Below, piece after piece: positions 1 through 9,893 of a stretch of 64,000 bases of DNA. The number at the start of each line of letters is the position of its first letter. Within the stretch, counting starts at the first letter, position 1. Source of the DNA: Gammaproteobacteria bacterium (GTDB lineage: Bacteria > Pseudomonadota > Gammaproteobacteria > Magnimaribacterales > AG-339-G14); the NCBI GenBank assembly GCA_019652555.1, contig BPAJ01000002.1, positions 257,747 through 321,746 on the forward strand, read 5' to 3'. The notes under the pieces were generated by a model. It saw only the letters and a program-made list of their open reading frames with translations, was not told the origin of the DNA and did not search any database. Made by a program: the position numbers and the translations under genes.

Positions 1-294
1 ATCAAAAACTTTTTCATTTGTTTCTTTTATATCTAAGGAGCCTTTAAAATATTCTTTCGTAACTTTAAAGTAATCTCCACCAAAAAATATCCAGCAGTCC
101 AGCATTGCTTCTTCTTCTAAAGAAGTGTCTAAACCAAAAATTACGTGAGTCGCATCGTGACAAGAATATTTAATTTTCTGCTTCAGAGCAATTTTCACCC
201 AAAACATGACGGTTATTTTTTTTAAATAATCACGATATTCATCAATGCCTTCTCTAAGGGTTAGATCGCAGAATTCATTTTGATAACTCAACAT
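1..294 (-). CDS. Coq4-like (HDxxH...E) protein, 3'-truncated by the window edge; paralog of 310..837
   Basis: Not in the ORF track; read manually from ATG at 294: MLSYQNEFCDLTLREGIDEYRDYLKK...CHDATHVIFGLDTSLEEEAMLD..., open to position 1 and clearly alignable with the neighbouring ORF. Confidence 0.75.
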   Translation of the reverse strand, partial: MLSYQNEFCDLTLREGIDEYRDYLKKITVMFWVKIALKQKIKYSCHDATHVIFGLDTSLEEEAMLDCWIFFGGDYFKVTKEYFKGSLDIKETNEKVFD

Positions 295-309
295 TTCAAT
301 GAGTTTAGT

Positions 310-837
310 TTATTTGGGATTTTTCACGGCCCCAGACCATTTAATGAATTTTTTTGGTCTTTGATCTACTGAAAGTATTTGTATTCCATATTCTTCTCTG
401 AGGTCGCAAATTTTTCTTTTTAAGTATGATTCTGGAACTTTAAGTGGCCATTTTTTTTTCATTTTAAATCTCATTTTTAAAATGCCTAAAAGAGATTTAT
501 AGATATGAAACATTGAAATAATTGTTTTTTTTAGCCCTACTTCTTTCCATAAATATTTCATGTGATTTTTTAAAAAGGGATCTTTAAAGTAGGCGAGATA
601 GTCGTGCCACTTGTAAGAACACAAAATAAGGCCATGCAGGTCATTAATCGTCTCTTCTTCAAAAGTCACACCATTGCCAAAAATTACATGGGTGCAATCA
701 TGACATTGCCAGATTTTATAGTCATCGTCTGAGCCGTCAGTACCAATTTTTTTATTATTTTCTTTCAAATAGCTTAAATAAATCTCCAGACCCTCAGCCA
801 GAGTTAGTTCGCAGTTTTGATTTTTAAAAGCCAACAT
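310..837 (-). CDS. Coq4-like putative metal-binding protein
   Basis: HDCTHVIFGNGVTFEEE motif and C-terminal ICDLREEYGI resemble the Coq4 family HDxxH-x11-E signature. Confidence 0.6.
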   Translation of the reverse strand: MLAFKNQNCELTLAEGLEIYLSYLKENNKKIGTDGSDDDYKIWQCHDCTHVIFGNGVTFEEETINDLHGLILCSYKWHDYLAYFKDPFLKNHMKYLWKEVGLKKTIISMFHIYKSLLGILKMRFKMKKKWPLKVPESYLKRKICDLREEYGIQILSVDQRPKKFIKWSGAVKNPK

Positions 838-852
838 TATGAAAATTATACC

Positions 853-2091
853 TTACAAAGATTGATGTTTGCCTAATTCGTATCTCGCTACTGTGCGTCT
901 ATGTACTTCGTCAGGACCATCGCCAATTCTCAAATACCTCACGGAAGCATATAAACTCGCGAGAGGTGTATCTTGAGAAACGCCTGCACCTCCATGAATC
1001 TGGATGGCTTTATCAATTACTCTGGTCGCCATCAAAGGTATGGCAACTTTGATCTGGGCAATTTCACTTTTAGCAATTTTATTTCCTGCGGTATCCATCA
1101 TATGAGCCGCTTTAAGCGTCATTAATCTACACATTTCAATTTCGATCCTGCAGTCTGCTATAACATCATAATTTCCACCAAGTTCTGCCAGAGGCTTTCC
1201 AAAAGCTTTCCTGCTGAGTGAACGTTTGCATAAGAGGTCTAAAGCTCTTTCTGCAACTCCAATGATTCGCATACAATGATGTATTCTTCCTGGACCAAGC
1301 CTTCCTTGAGCTATCTCAAAACCTCTACCTTCTCCTAAAATTAAGTTTTCTTTTGGAACTCTTACATTTTTAAGTTTAAGGTGAGCGTGCCCGTTAGGGG
1401 CATGGTCTGCACCATAGACAGACAACATCCTGAGATTTTCAATGCCTCTGGCATCTGTGGGAATAAGGATTTGTGATTGTCTTTGGTGTTTAGGGTTTTC
1501 TGGATTTGTAACACCCATAAAAATCATTACTTTACAATCAGGCCTGCCAAATCCGGAGGTCCACCATTTCTCTCCATTGATTACATATTCATCTCCGTCC
1601 TTTTCGATCTTGCTTTCTATGTTGGTGGCATCAGAAGAGGCCACGTTGGGCTCTGTCATAGCAAAAGCTGATCTGATTTCGCCATCTAAAAGGGGTTGTA
1701 ACCATTTTTGTTTTTGAAAATCTGAACCAAATTTATCAAGAACCTCCATATTGCCTGTGTCTGGCGCAGAACAATTAAAAATTTCAGAAGCAAAACTTAC
1801 TTTTCCCATCATTTCTGCAAGTGGCGCATACTCTAAATTAGTTAAGCCAAAACCACTTCAGGCAAGAAAAAATTCACCTCTTTCAGGCAAGAAAAAATTC
1901 CACAAACCCTGATCTTTTGCTTTTTGCTTTAATTCATTTAAAACCTTAGGGATCTGCCAAGGGTTACCAGCATCACGAAAAGCTTTCATCTCGGCAGTGT
2001 ATTTCTCTTCAGCAGGATAAACATTTTCATCCATGAACAGAGAGACTTTTTGAATTAATTCTTTTGTCTTAGGAGAATGTTCAAAATTCAT
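853..2091 (-). pseudogene. Acyl-CoA dehydrogenase, interrupted near 1857-1900 (real lesion or assembly error)
   Basis: ORFs 1858..2109 and 853..1812 are consecutive parts of one ACAD ([56 protein letters not shown]). Confidence 0.9.
1857..1900. repeat. 19-bp direct repeat that breaks the acyl-CoA dehydrogenase frame
   Basis: ttcaggcaagaaaaaattc at 1857-1875 and 1882-1900. Confidence 0.95.
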
Positions 2092-2184
2092 AAAATTATG
2101 ATAAACCAATGATAATCAAACCGTTATTTATTTTAGTGCTAAACGGATTATCTTTTATAATAGCTTTTTAAATATAGGGGGAAT

Positions 2185-3273
2185 ATGAGAGCACAAAACC
2201 TTTTTTTAATTTTACTATTTTCTACCGGTCTTTTTTCTGATTATAAATTCGAAACCATTCTTAGTGATCTGGATGATGCTTGGAGCTTTGAATTTTTAAG
2301 TGAAGATAAAATCATTTATACCGAGATGCCGGGAAAATTAAAGATCGCAGATTTTTCAAACGGATCAACTATTGATATAAAAAATGTTCCAAAAGTTCAA
2401 TACAGCAGCCAAGGAGGTCTTTCAGAAGTTGTCCTGGATCCAGATTTTTCTTCCAATAGAACTCTTTATCTCAGCTATTCAGCGCGGAATGCTGATGGAA
2501 AATCAACTTTGTATTTGATGTCTGCTGAATTAAATGAAGATTCACTTGAGAATAATAAAGTAATTTTTGAAGCTCAAGCTCCAAGAAGAGTTCCCGTCCA
2601 CATTGGAGCAAAAATTGCGTTTTTAGATGATGGCACCATACTTCTAGCAAGCGGAGACGGATTTGATCATCGTGAAAAAGCTCAAACTTTGGATAATCAT
2701 TTTGGAAAAATAATAAGAATAAATAAAGATGGAACAATCCCTAAAGATAATCCATTTGTAAATGTTAAAGATGCTTTACCAGATATCTATTCGTATGGGC
2801 ATAGAAATATGCAAGGCTTGATTGTTACGAAGAATGGGCAAATTTATGAACATGAACATGGACCTCGAGGAGGAGATGAAATGAATCTCATAGAACCTTC
2901 TATAAATTATGGCTGGCCTGCAATAACTTACGGTATAGATTATTCCGGCGCTGTGATTAGTCCTTTCACGGAAAAAGATGGCATGCAACAGCCTTTGTTG
3001 CATTGGACGCCATCGATAGCTCCTTCCGATATGATTTTTTATGAAGGGAATAAATATCCTGAACTAAACAATAGTTTCTTGGTTACTGCTTTGGTTTCAA
3101 AAGATGTAAAGAAAGTAACATTTGCAGAAAGTGGTAAGGATATTCAAGAAAGTCTTTTTGGAAGTTTGAATTCTAGATTAAGAAATATTCAAGCTTCTCC
3201 GAGCGGTTTGATTTATCTTCTTACCGACGGGCCTAGAGGAAAATTAATTAAAGTTTTACCGGAAGAATTATGA
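2185..3273 (+). CDS. PQQ-dependent sugar dehydrogenase (glucose/sorbosone dehydrogenase family), exported
   Basis: Signal peptide; QGGL, YSYGHRNMQG, EHGPRGGDE, NYGWP motifs. Confidence 0.9.
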   Translation: MRAQNLFLILLFSTGLFSDYKFETILSDLDDAWSFEFLSEDKIIYTEMPGKLKIADFSNGSTIDIKNVPKVQYSSQGGLSEVVLDPDFSSNRTLYLSYSARNADGKSTLYLMSAELNEDSLENNKVIFEAQAPRRVPVHIGAKIAFLDDGTILLASGDGFDHREKAQTLDNHFGKIIRINKDGTIPKDNPFVNVKDALPDIYSYGHRNMQGLIVTKNGQIYEHEHGPRGGDEMNLIEPSINYGWPAITYGIDYSGAVISPFTEKDGMQQPLLHWTPSIAPSDMIFYEGNKYPELNNSFLVTALVSKDVKKVTFAESGKDIQESLFGSLNSRLRNIQASPSGLIYLLTDGPRGKLIKVLPEEL

Positions 3274-4106
3274 AAATAGCAAAGTATCCATTCGCTGTCC
3301 TATCTGCAGCTCTTTTTACAGTTATGCTAATAACACCCATTTCCTCGTTATCCAATTTGATTTGGCTTGCCTCTGTTGATATGCCTGTTGGCTTGTTTTC
3401 TTCTTTAGAGGTTATTTTGTTTGATTTTCAGAGGTTAGGAATAGTTTTATTAGGAGTGGTCAGTATTGGCTTCACAGTAGCTTTTGTCGTGGCTGGACTT
3501 ATCTCAAGATACAGCAGTTTAGGAGGAAAGTATCTTTATGCTGTAGCTGGTTCTGCAGCAATTGGAGTATCTCTGATTTTAATGGTGGAATTATTATTTC
3601 AAACTCAATTACTGGGTGGAAACAGAACTTTGATTGGTACTATCTTGCACTGGGGAGCGGGCTTTTTTGGTGGATATTTTTTTTATAAATTAATCTCAGA
3701 AGAAAAAAATTACACTTTCATCATTAGGTTTTTGGGAGTTTTCTACGCTTACTTTATTTTAGGTTTAGTGCTCAACTGGGTGTTTACCCCAGTCAGTGCA
3801 GCTGCAGAATTTGGCTTTGCCTTGTATGAACTTAACTCAGCTGCCCAAAATGCTCTTTTACGAGACTTCACTTCTTTCTTTGTGGCAACATTTTTATTTT
3901 CCATTTTAGGGGTAATAACCCTAAATCCAGTTTGGTTTTTTTCAGCTGGGATAATTTACATAGGTGCAGGCATATTTAATCTTGTTGCAATATACGCGCA
4001 TGGGACTGACTTTAACCAGATTTTTGTTGGTGAATTTGTTTTAGGTAGTTGGCCAATCGCATTGGGACTTGTAATAAATCATCAACAAAAGAAATTAAAA
4101 GAGTAA
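3270..4106 (+). CDS. Polytopic membrane protein of unknown function
   Basis: About 8 hydrophobic segments; ATGA overlap with the upstream gene. Confidence 0.8.
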   Translation: MKIAKYPFAVLSAALFTVMLITPISSLSNLIWLASVDMPVGLFSSLEVILFDFQRLGIVLLGVVSIGFTVAFVVAGLISRYSSLGGKYLYAVAGSAAIGVSLILMVELLFQTQLLGGNRTLIGTILHWGAGFFGGYFFYKLISEEKNYTFIIRFLGVFYAYFILGLVLNWVFTPVSAAAEFGFALYELNSAAQNALLRDFTSFFVATFLFSILGVITLNPVWFFSAGIIYIGAGIFNLVAIYAHGTDFNQIFVGEFVLGSWPIALGLVINHQQKKLKE

Positions 4107-4114
4107 ATTTGGTT

Positions 4115-4921
4115 ATGAATTCTTGGCAAGCAACTGCTCTGAATACAGCTCCAGATTCTGAAAATCAAATTCACAGCGATGAACTTGCAAAAGAGTATGG
4201 TTTCAAAGGAGGTTTAGTTCCAGGCGTTACCGTTTCAGCCTATTTACTTCATCCGGTAATTGAATCATTTGGCGAGGCATGGCTGGCAGATGGTTACGCC
4301 AATTGCAAAGTTTCTTCACCTCTCTATGATGGAGAAACATTTACAGTTTCGTCCGAAATCTTGAAGGAAGGTTGCCATAACACATTTTTAAAAAACCAAG
4401 AGGGAAGAATCATTGCCAATGCCGAATCAAAACTCATTAAAAATAAACACCCAGAACCAAAATACAGGGGCGATCCTTTAGTTCAAGAGAATTTCAAAGC
4501 ACCTAAAGCCTCCTTTGCTATTTGGGATGAACTTAAAAAAGAAGGTTGTCGAGCATTTGAGTTTCATTGGGGAGGGAAGGACCCTCTAATTTACCTTTCT
4601 GATGAGGGACTTTTACCGGAAATTTTACAACCCAAAGGAGGAGGTTTTGCAAACCTATGTTTTCTTTTAGGATGTTCAAATTGGATATTAGCTGGCAATG
4701 CTTTTATGAATCCTTGGGTTCATTTACAAACTAAATCTCAAAATTACAAGCCGGTCCCTTTTAATACCTCTCTCATTGCAGAGATGTCGGTTGAAGATTT
4801 CTATGAAAAAAAGGGCCATGAATTTATTGAGGTAGAAGTAAATTTGTTTGAAAGTAAATCAAAGTCATGCGTTATGAGTATCAACTTACTAGCAATTTTT
4901 AAACTCAGAAATAATGAATGA
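4115..4921 (+). CDS. Double hotdog-fold, MaoC-like dehydratase/hydratase
   Basis: NQIHSDELAKEYGFKGGLVPG resembles the MaoC hydratase motif; ATG 4115 preferred over 4049. Confidence 0.65.
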   Translation: MNSWQATALNTAPDSENQIHSDELAKEYGFKGGLVPGVTVSAYLLHPVIESFGEAWLADGYANCKVSSPLYDGETFTVSSEILKEGCHNTFLKNQEGRIIANAESKLIKNKHPEPKYRGDPLVQENFKAPKASFAIWDELKKEGCRAFEFHWGGKDPLIYLSDEGLLPEILQPKGGGFANLCFLLGCSNWILAGNAFMNPWVHLQTKSQNYKPVPFNTSLIAEMSVEDFYEKKGHEFIEVEVNLFESKSKSCVMSINLLAIFKLRNNE

Positions 4922-4958
4922 TTAAAAAGTATCTGCTGGTTTTACCGAATGCAAAAAA

Positions 4959-5117
4959 TTATCTGATTAATTCACTAGCCAAACTTCCTAAGACAATAAT
5001 TGTTACAACAAACCATATTGACCAACCATAAGGTTTAAGAGGACTTCCTTTCATTCTAAGAGAAAACAAAGCCATATAAGAGGCCATAATCCATGCTATT
5101 AATAGAAAATAAAACAT
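4959..5117 (-). CDS. Small two-TM membrane protein (52 aa)
   Basis: Manual translation MFYFLLIAWIMASYMALFSLRMKGSPLKPYGWSIWFVVTIIVLGSLASELIR; starts 10 nt after the DUF1330 stop and fills the gap. Confidence 0.65.
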   Translation of the reverse strand: MFYFLLIAWIMASYMALFSLRMKGSPLKPYGWSIWFVVTIIVLGSLASELIR

Positions 5118-5127
5118 AATAGATTTT

Positions 5128-5430
5128 CTAATATCCCTCTACAACGGCATAGAGTCTTTTCGCTCCGCCATCTAATACTTTTAATGCTTGCTGATACTCT
5201 TCACTTTCATAAGCACTTATTGCTATTTCATACGAAGGAAATTCAACAACAACATTTCTTGAATATTCGTCTCCCTCCTTAGTTTCTTGACGACCGCCTC
5301 TTACAATGAATTTTCCGTTAAATTTTTTTACTACCTCTTCAGCAAGTTTTCCATATTCCTGTTGTTTATCAGACGAGATTACATTTGCTTTTGCAACCCA
5401 ATATCCTTTTTTTAAATTATTTTCAGTCAT
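5128..5430 (-). CDS. DUF1330 family protein
   Basis: KFNGKFIVRGG...EG...RNVVVEFPSYE...YESEEYQ pattern. Confidence 0.85.
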   Translation of the reverse strand: MTENNLKKGYWVAKANVISSDKQQEYGKLAEEVVKKFNGKFIVRGGRQETKEGDEYSRNVVVEFPSYEIAISAYESEEYQQALKVLDGGAKRLYAVVEGY

Positions 5431-5451
5431 GATTTTTATTAATTAATTATT

Positions 5452-6153
5452 TTAAACAAGCATAATTTTTCTAAACTTTTTTTCCACAATCTCTTTCTTT
5501 TCTAGGAAAGTTCTATAGCTTCCTTTATCTTTTCTAAATACTACGGATTTAAATTCTTTCTCATCTTTTATGTGCAACGCCACACCTCCATCAACTGCAT
5601 ACACATCTTTAATTTTTCCACTCATGAGGAACTTTTTAACTGCAGGTTTTCTTTCCGGTTCCTCATCATAATGAGGGCAACATGTTCCTTTAACAAAATT
5701 TAAACAAGACATGATTTTTAAATCCGAAGACCAAGAATCTGTTACTCCTTGCTGAAACCAGCAGATCGCTCCAGCGCTTACGCCGCTCATCACCACTCCA
5801 TTTCGATATGCTGTTCTTAAAATTTTATCAAGTCCCCAATCCTTCCATACAGCCAACATACTCTTTGTATTGCCGCCACCTACAAAGATGGCATCTTGAT
5901 TTAAAATGAGTTTTTTAAGGTCCGGAGTTCTTTTAAAAAAATCTAAATGCGTGGGTTCACAATCTAGTTTTGTAAAAGTGCTGTAATAATTTACTTTATA
6001 AGCCTCGTTATCACCGGTTGCTGTGGGAATAAAGCATATTTTTGGCTTTTTCTTTTTTGTTTGTTTCAAAATATATGCTTCTATTATTCCTTGACCCGGA
6101 TTGGCGCCAAATCCCCCACCTCCAATCGCAATGATATTTCTTGATTTAGGCAT
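5452..6153 (-). CDS. Peptidase E-like (S51 family)
   Basis: FIPTATGD, VGGGNT, GVSAGAICW nucleophile elbow, CPHYD. Confidence 0.85.
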   Translation of the reverse strand: MPKSRNIIAIGGGGFGANPGQGIIEAYILKQTKKKKPKICFIPTATGDNEAYKVNYYSTFTKLDCEPTHLDFFKRTPDLKKLILNQDAIFVGGGNTKSMLAVWKDWGLDKILRTAYRNGVVMSGVSAGAICWFQQGVTDSWSSDLKIMSCLNFVKGTCCPHYDEEPERKPAVKKFLMSGKIKDVYAVDGGVALHIKDEKEFKSVVFRKDKGSYRTFLEKKEIVEKKFRKIMLV

Positions 6154-8584
6154 CGACTCCTCTCAAAACATCTTTAGGCGTTTTTGCGGTCAAATAAAAA
6201 GTAAATAAAGCAGCAATAATACCGATCACCAAAATAGATCCTAATGCGCCAATTAAAATTACATCCCAATAAATTTTAGGATTAATTTCAAATACTATTT
6301 CTTCAATGAAAAAAGTTGTAACAACGGCAAGCAAACTGCCAAGTACTCCAGCAAAAAATCCAATAGATAAATATTCTAAGAAGGTATTTTTTTGCATTGT
6401 TTTTTTATCTAATCCTAAGGTTTTTAAAATAGCATTTTGCTTTTCTCTTTGTTTAAAGCTTTCTTGAATTGTAGCCAGCATCAAGAATAATCCTGCTACT
6501 AATGTTAGTCCAAGAATTAGTTTTAAAGCTTGAGAAACTCTTGAAATGATGGATTGCACCTCTGAAATAATAGCTTCTAAAGAAATAAATGAAATAGTCG
6601 GGAAGGTTTTTACCAATTCAACAGCAACGGCTTCCTTTTCTTTAGGAATATGAAAAGAGGTAATGTAGGTAGATGAAATTTCTTTAAAATCATCTGGGTA
6701 TCCGATTGCAAAAAAATTAGGACTAAAATTTTCCCAATTCACTTCTCTAATACTTTGTATGTAGCTATCAATTTTTCTGCCAGACACATCGATAAGAATT
6801 TCATCATTAAGCTTTAAATCATATCTTTCTGCAATCTCTGAAGAAATAGATATCCCATTTCCTGACTCTTGGAACCAGCTTCCAGCTACCAGCTCATTTC
6901 CTTCTGGAAGATCCTTCATCCAGGTGAAATTGAATGTACGGTCTATTTCTTGCCCGGATAATTTTCGAAAGAATCTTGCACTCGTTACAGGAAAGATTGG
7001 CTCGGCACTTATTTCATTAAGCTTTAGAAATTTTTTTAGATTTTCTTTTTGACCTTCATAAATATTAAATAAAAGATTGTTAGGAGCTTTATCAGGTAAG
7101 GAGTTTTCCCAAGAAGAAACTAAATTTGTGGAGGCCGAATAGGCTACCAAACTTAAAGCAATTGCCACGGTAACTGAAACGATTTGCATTGAATTGAAAA
7201 GTTTTCTGCGACTCAATTCGAAGGCAAGCATTTTCATTGGTTTTAAAGGATTCAATCCTAAAGGCTTAATGAAATTAAATGTGGTGTAGATCAAGAAAAA
7301 AATTAGGCCAGCAAAAGTTAAAATTGCGAAGAAAATAATATTTGTAAGTGCAAAGTCTTTAATAAAGAATATTAAAAGAACGTAAAAACTGCTTAGACCT
7401 CCAATTAAATAGAATGAAGAATTTAACTTATTTAAATTTCTTTCTGAGTTTCTCAAGATTGCATTTGGCGAGAGATTAAAAAGATTTCTTAACATTGGAT
7501 AAGCAAACCCAAGCAAGCACAAAAAAGCAGTAACAAAAGAAATGAAGTAAGGCTCTGCTCCGGGTAAGGGTAGATTAGTTGGAAAGTAATCTTTCAAAAG
7601 CTCTGTGAAGGACAGTTGTACAGTCCAGCCAATTGAAATTCCAGCAACAAAGGAAAAAAAGGCTATAAAACAAAAAATTAAAATATAAGTATTTCTAATC
7701 TGTGAAGGAGACAAGCCCAAAGCTTTAAAAACAGCTACGTAATCGACGTGTCTCCTAGTAAATTGCAGTGAACAAATTGCTATCGCCAAGGAAGATAAAA
7801 TTATTGCAAGCAAGGCTCCCAGTAGAAAGAAATTTGAAGCTCTTTCAATGGCTCTGCCAAGAGGACTAGCTTCATTATCAGGAGATGAGATTTCATCTCC
7901 AGGTTTTTTAATTGACTGAAAAAAAGTTTCCAGTTCAGATATGCTCTCTGGAGGTGCTAGAAAAAGATATGAGTATCTAACTCTGGAACCAGGCTGAATC
8001 ACATTAGCGCTAACAAGGTCTGCAGAATTCATGATTGCCTTTGGAGCAAAGGCAAGAGATCCAGCACCTCTATCAGGTTCGGAAATAATTATTCCTTTTA
8101 CAAGAAAATCCTTCTCGCCAATATTAATTTTTTCTCCCACCGCAGTAGATAGCAGATTGGACAAACGAGCATCCAGCCACACTGTTCCAGCTTCAGGAGG
8201 AGTTTTCTTTATTTCTCTAATATTCTCATGATTAGCTAATTCGATTTCACCCACCAAAGGATAGGGCGAAGAGATAGATTTTATAGAGGCAAGTTGAAAT
8301 TTTTCTTCAGAAGCTAATACAGATCCAAATTCATAAATTACCGTATAAGCATAATTTCCTTCAGGGAATTGCGTCTCATCCAAAGCCGAGCTAGATTCAA
8401 ATTTTAAATCTCCTCCAAGGAACTGTTTGGATTCAAACATGAGAGATCCATCGAGTCGGTCAGTAAAAAAAGTTATTGAAGCAACTATCCCAACAGCCAA
8501 AGACAGAGATAAAAACATCAGAAGTAACTGTCCCGATTTGAACTCTCTCAAAAAGATTCTTGATGCCAAAAATAAAATTTTCAT
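6146..8584 (-). CDS. ybbP: FtsX-like ABC transporter permease (YbbP type)
   Basis: FFTDRL...LGGDL, QPGSRVRY, IREVNWENFSPNFF motifs; follows ybbA; start placed at the ATG overlapping the ybbA stop. Confidence 0.85.
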   Translation of the reverse strand: MKILFLASRIFLREFKSGQLLLMFLSLSLAVGIVASITFFTDRLDGSLMFESKQFLGGDLKFESSSALDETQFPEGNYAYTVIYEFGSVLASEEKFQLASIKSISSPYPLVGEIELANHENIREIKKTPPEAGTVWLDARLSNLLSTAVGEKINIGEKDFLVKGIIISEPDRGAGSLAFAPKAIMNSADLVSANVIQPGSRVRYSYLFLAPPESISELETFFQSIKKPGDEISSPDNEASPLGRAIERASNFFLLGALLAIILSSLAIAICSLQFTRRHVDYVAVFKALGLSPSQIRNTYILIFCFIAFFSFVAGISIGWTVQLSFTELLKDYFPTNLPLPGAEPYFISFVTAFLCLLGFAYPMLRNLFNLSPNAILRNSERNLNKLNSSFYLIGGLSSFYVLLIFFIKDFALTNIIFFAILTFAGLIFFLIYTTFNFIKPLGLNPLKPMKMLAFELSRRKLFNSMQIVSVTVAIALSLVAYSASTNLVSSWENSLPDKAPNNLLFNIYEGQKENLKKFLKLNEISAEPIFPVTSARFFRKLSGQEIDRTFNFTWMKDLPEGNELVAGSWFQESGNGISISSEIAERYDLKLNDEILIDVSGRKIDSYIQSIREVNWENFSPNFFAIGYPDDFKEISSTYITSFHIPKEKEAVAVELVKTFPTISFISLEAIISEVQSIISRVSQALKLILGLTLVAGLFLMLATIQESFKQREKQNAILKTLGLDKKTMQKNTFLEYLSIGFFAGVLGSLLAVVTTFFIEEIVFEINPKIYWDVILIGALGSILVIGIIAALFTFYLTAKTPKDVLRGVDA

Positions 8585-9240
8585 AGGATTTTTCCATCCA
8601 TCAACTCTATTTTTTGATCGCATCTATTTGCTAAAGAAAGGTCGTGAGTGACAATTATGAGAGCGCTTGAAGATTCTTGGAAAGCATCAAAGATAAGATC
8701 TGCAATCATTTCACTATTATTCGAATCTAAATTTCCAGTTGGCTCGTCACAAAAAAGTACTTCTGCTTCACAGGCAAATGCTCTTGCGATGGCAACACGT
8801 TGTTGTTCTCCTCCTGAAAGATTTTGAGGATAATGCAGCAGTCTGTTCTGCATACCTACTTTTTCAAGATAATTAATCGCAATATTTTTTGCGTCTTTTT
8901 TATTTTTGAGCTCAAGAGGCAGCATTACATTTTCAAGTGCATTAAGACCTGATAAAAGTTCAAAATTTTGAAAAACAAACGCCACAGATTCTTTTCTGAT
9001 AGCAGCTCTTTCTTCTTCTGATAATAAATGCAGAGGTTTTTGATTTATGAAAATTTCTCCTGAGGTGGGTGAATCTAGTCCTGCTAAAATTCCAAGAAGA
9101 GTAGACTTCCCAGAACCAGAGGGACCAACGACTGCTAAAGAGGAAGCTGCCTGTAAATTTAAACTTATATCGTCTAGTATGATAATTTCTTGATCGTTAA
9201 AAATTACCTTTTTAGACAAATTTCTTGCTTCTATAATCAT
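8581..9240 (-). CDS. ybbA: ABC transporter ATP-binding protein (YbbA type)
   Basis: GPSGSGKST, LSGGEQQR, DEPTGNLD; divergent from tesA. Confidence 0.9.
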   Translation of the reverse strand: MIIEARNLSKKVIFNDQEIIILDDISLNLQAASSLAVVGPSGSGKSTLLGILAGLDSPTSGEIFINQKPLHLLSEEERAAIRKESVAFVFQNFELLSGLNALENVMLPLELKNKKDAKNIAINYLEKVGMQNRLLHYPQNLSGGEQQRVAIARAFACEAEVLFCDEPTGNLDSNNSEMIADLIFDAFQESSSALIIVTHDLSLANRCDQKIELMDGKIL

Positions 9241-9243
9241 CAA

Positions 9244-9870
9244 ATGAATTTTTTAGAAAAAAATGGATTAAAAATATTTATTTTTTTATTTTTAACTTTT
9301 TTCTATTCTATCACTGCCCATACAAAGACGCTTTTGATTTTAGGAGACAGTATCTCTGCAGGCTATGGAATAAAAGAATCTGATAATTGGGTTAGGTTAT
9401 TGGAAACTTCAGTTAACTCTCTTGGAACCAAATTAAATATAGTGAATTCCAGTGTCTCCGGGGATACAACAATTGGTGGTTTATCAAGAATCCAAAGCGA
9501 CTTGAAAGAATACAAACCCGATTTCGTCTTAATAGAGCTTGGTGGAAATGATGGAATGCGAGGCTATCCAATTGAAAATATTAAATCCAATCTTTTGCAA
9601 ATATCCGATGCCGTCATTGAAGCCAATGCTATGCCTTTGATTATGCAAATTAGAATTCCACCAAATTATGGAAAAAGATATGTTGCCGCTTTTGAAAGCA
9701 TTTACTCTCAGATAGCAGAAGAAAAAAATCTTGTAATGCTATCGTTCTTATTGGAAAAGGTTGCATTGGATGAAAACCTTATGCAGCGTGATGGGATTCA
9801 TCCTAACAGCAAAGCTCAGCCAATTATTGCCAATCAAGTGCAAGAGGAACTTTTAAGAATCATCAAATAA
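9244..9870 (+). CDS. tesA: Arylesterase / acyl-CoA thioesterase I (GDSL/SGNH)
   Basis: LGDSISAGYG, ELGGNDG, IPPNYG, DGIHPN. Confidence 0.92.
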   Translation: MNFLEKNGLKIFIFLFLTFFYSITAHTKTLLILGDSISAGYGIKESDNWVRLLETSVNSLGTKLNIVNSSVSGDTTIGGLSRIQSDLKEYKPDFVLIELGGNDGMRGYPIENIKSNLLQISDAVIEANAMPLIMQIRIPPNYGKRYVAAFESIYSQIAEEKNLVMLSFLLEKVALDENLMQRDGIHPNSKAQPIIANQVQEELLRIIK

Positions 9871-9893
9871 AAACTTCTTTAATAAAGAATTAT

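Noticed and set aside
170-225. Possible pair of compensating frameshifts around the poly-A run in the first Coq4-like gene
   Set aside because: An alternate frame (KKNNRHVLGEN) matches the paralog better, but the main frame stays open, so nothing can be shown without reads
9238-9246. Divergent ybbA and tesA start codons only 3 nt apart
   Set aside because: Head-to-head tesA/ybbA packing is a known conserved arrangement
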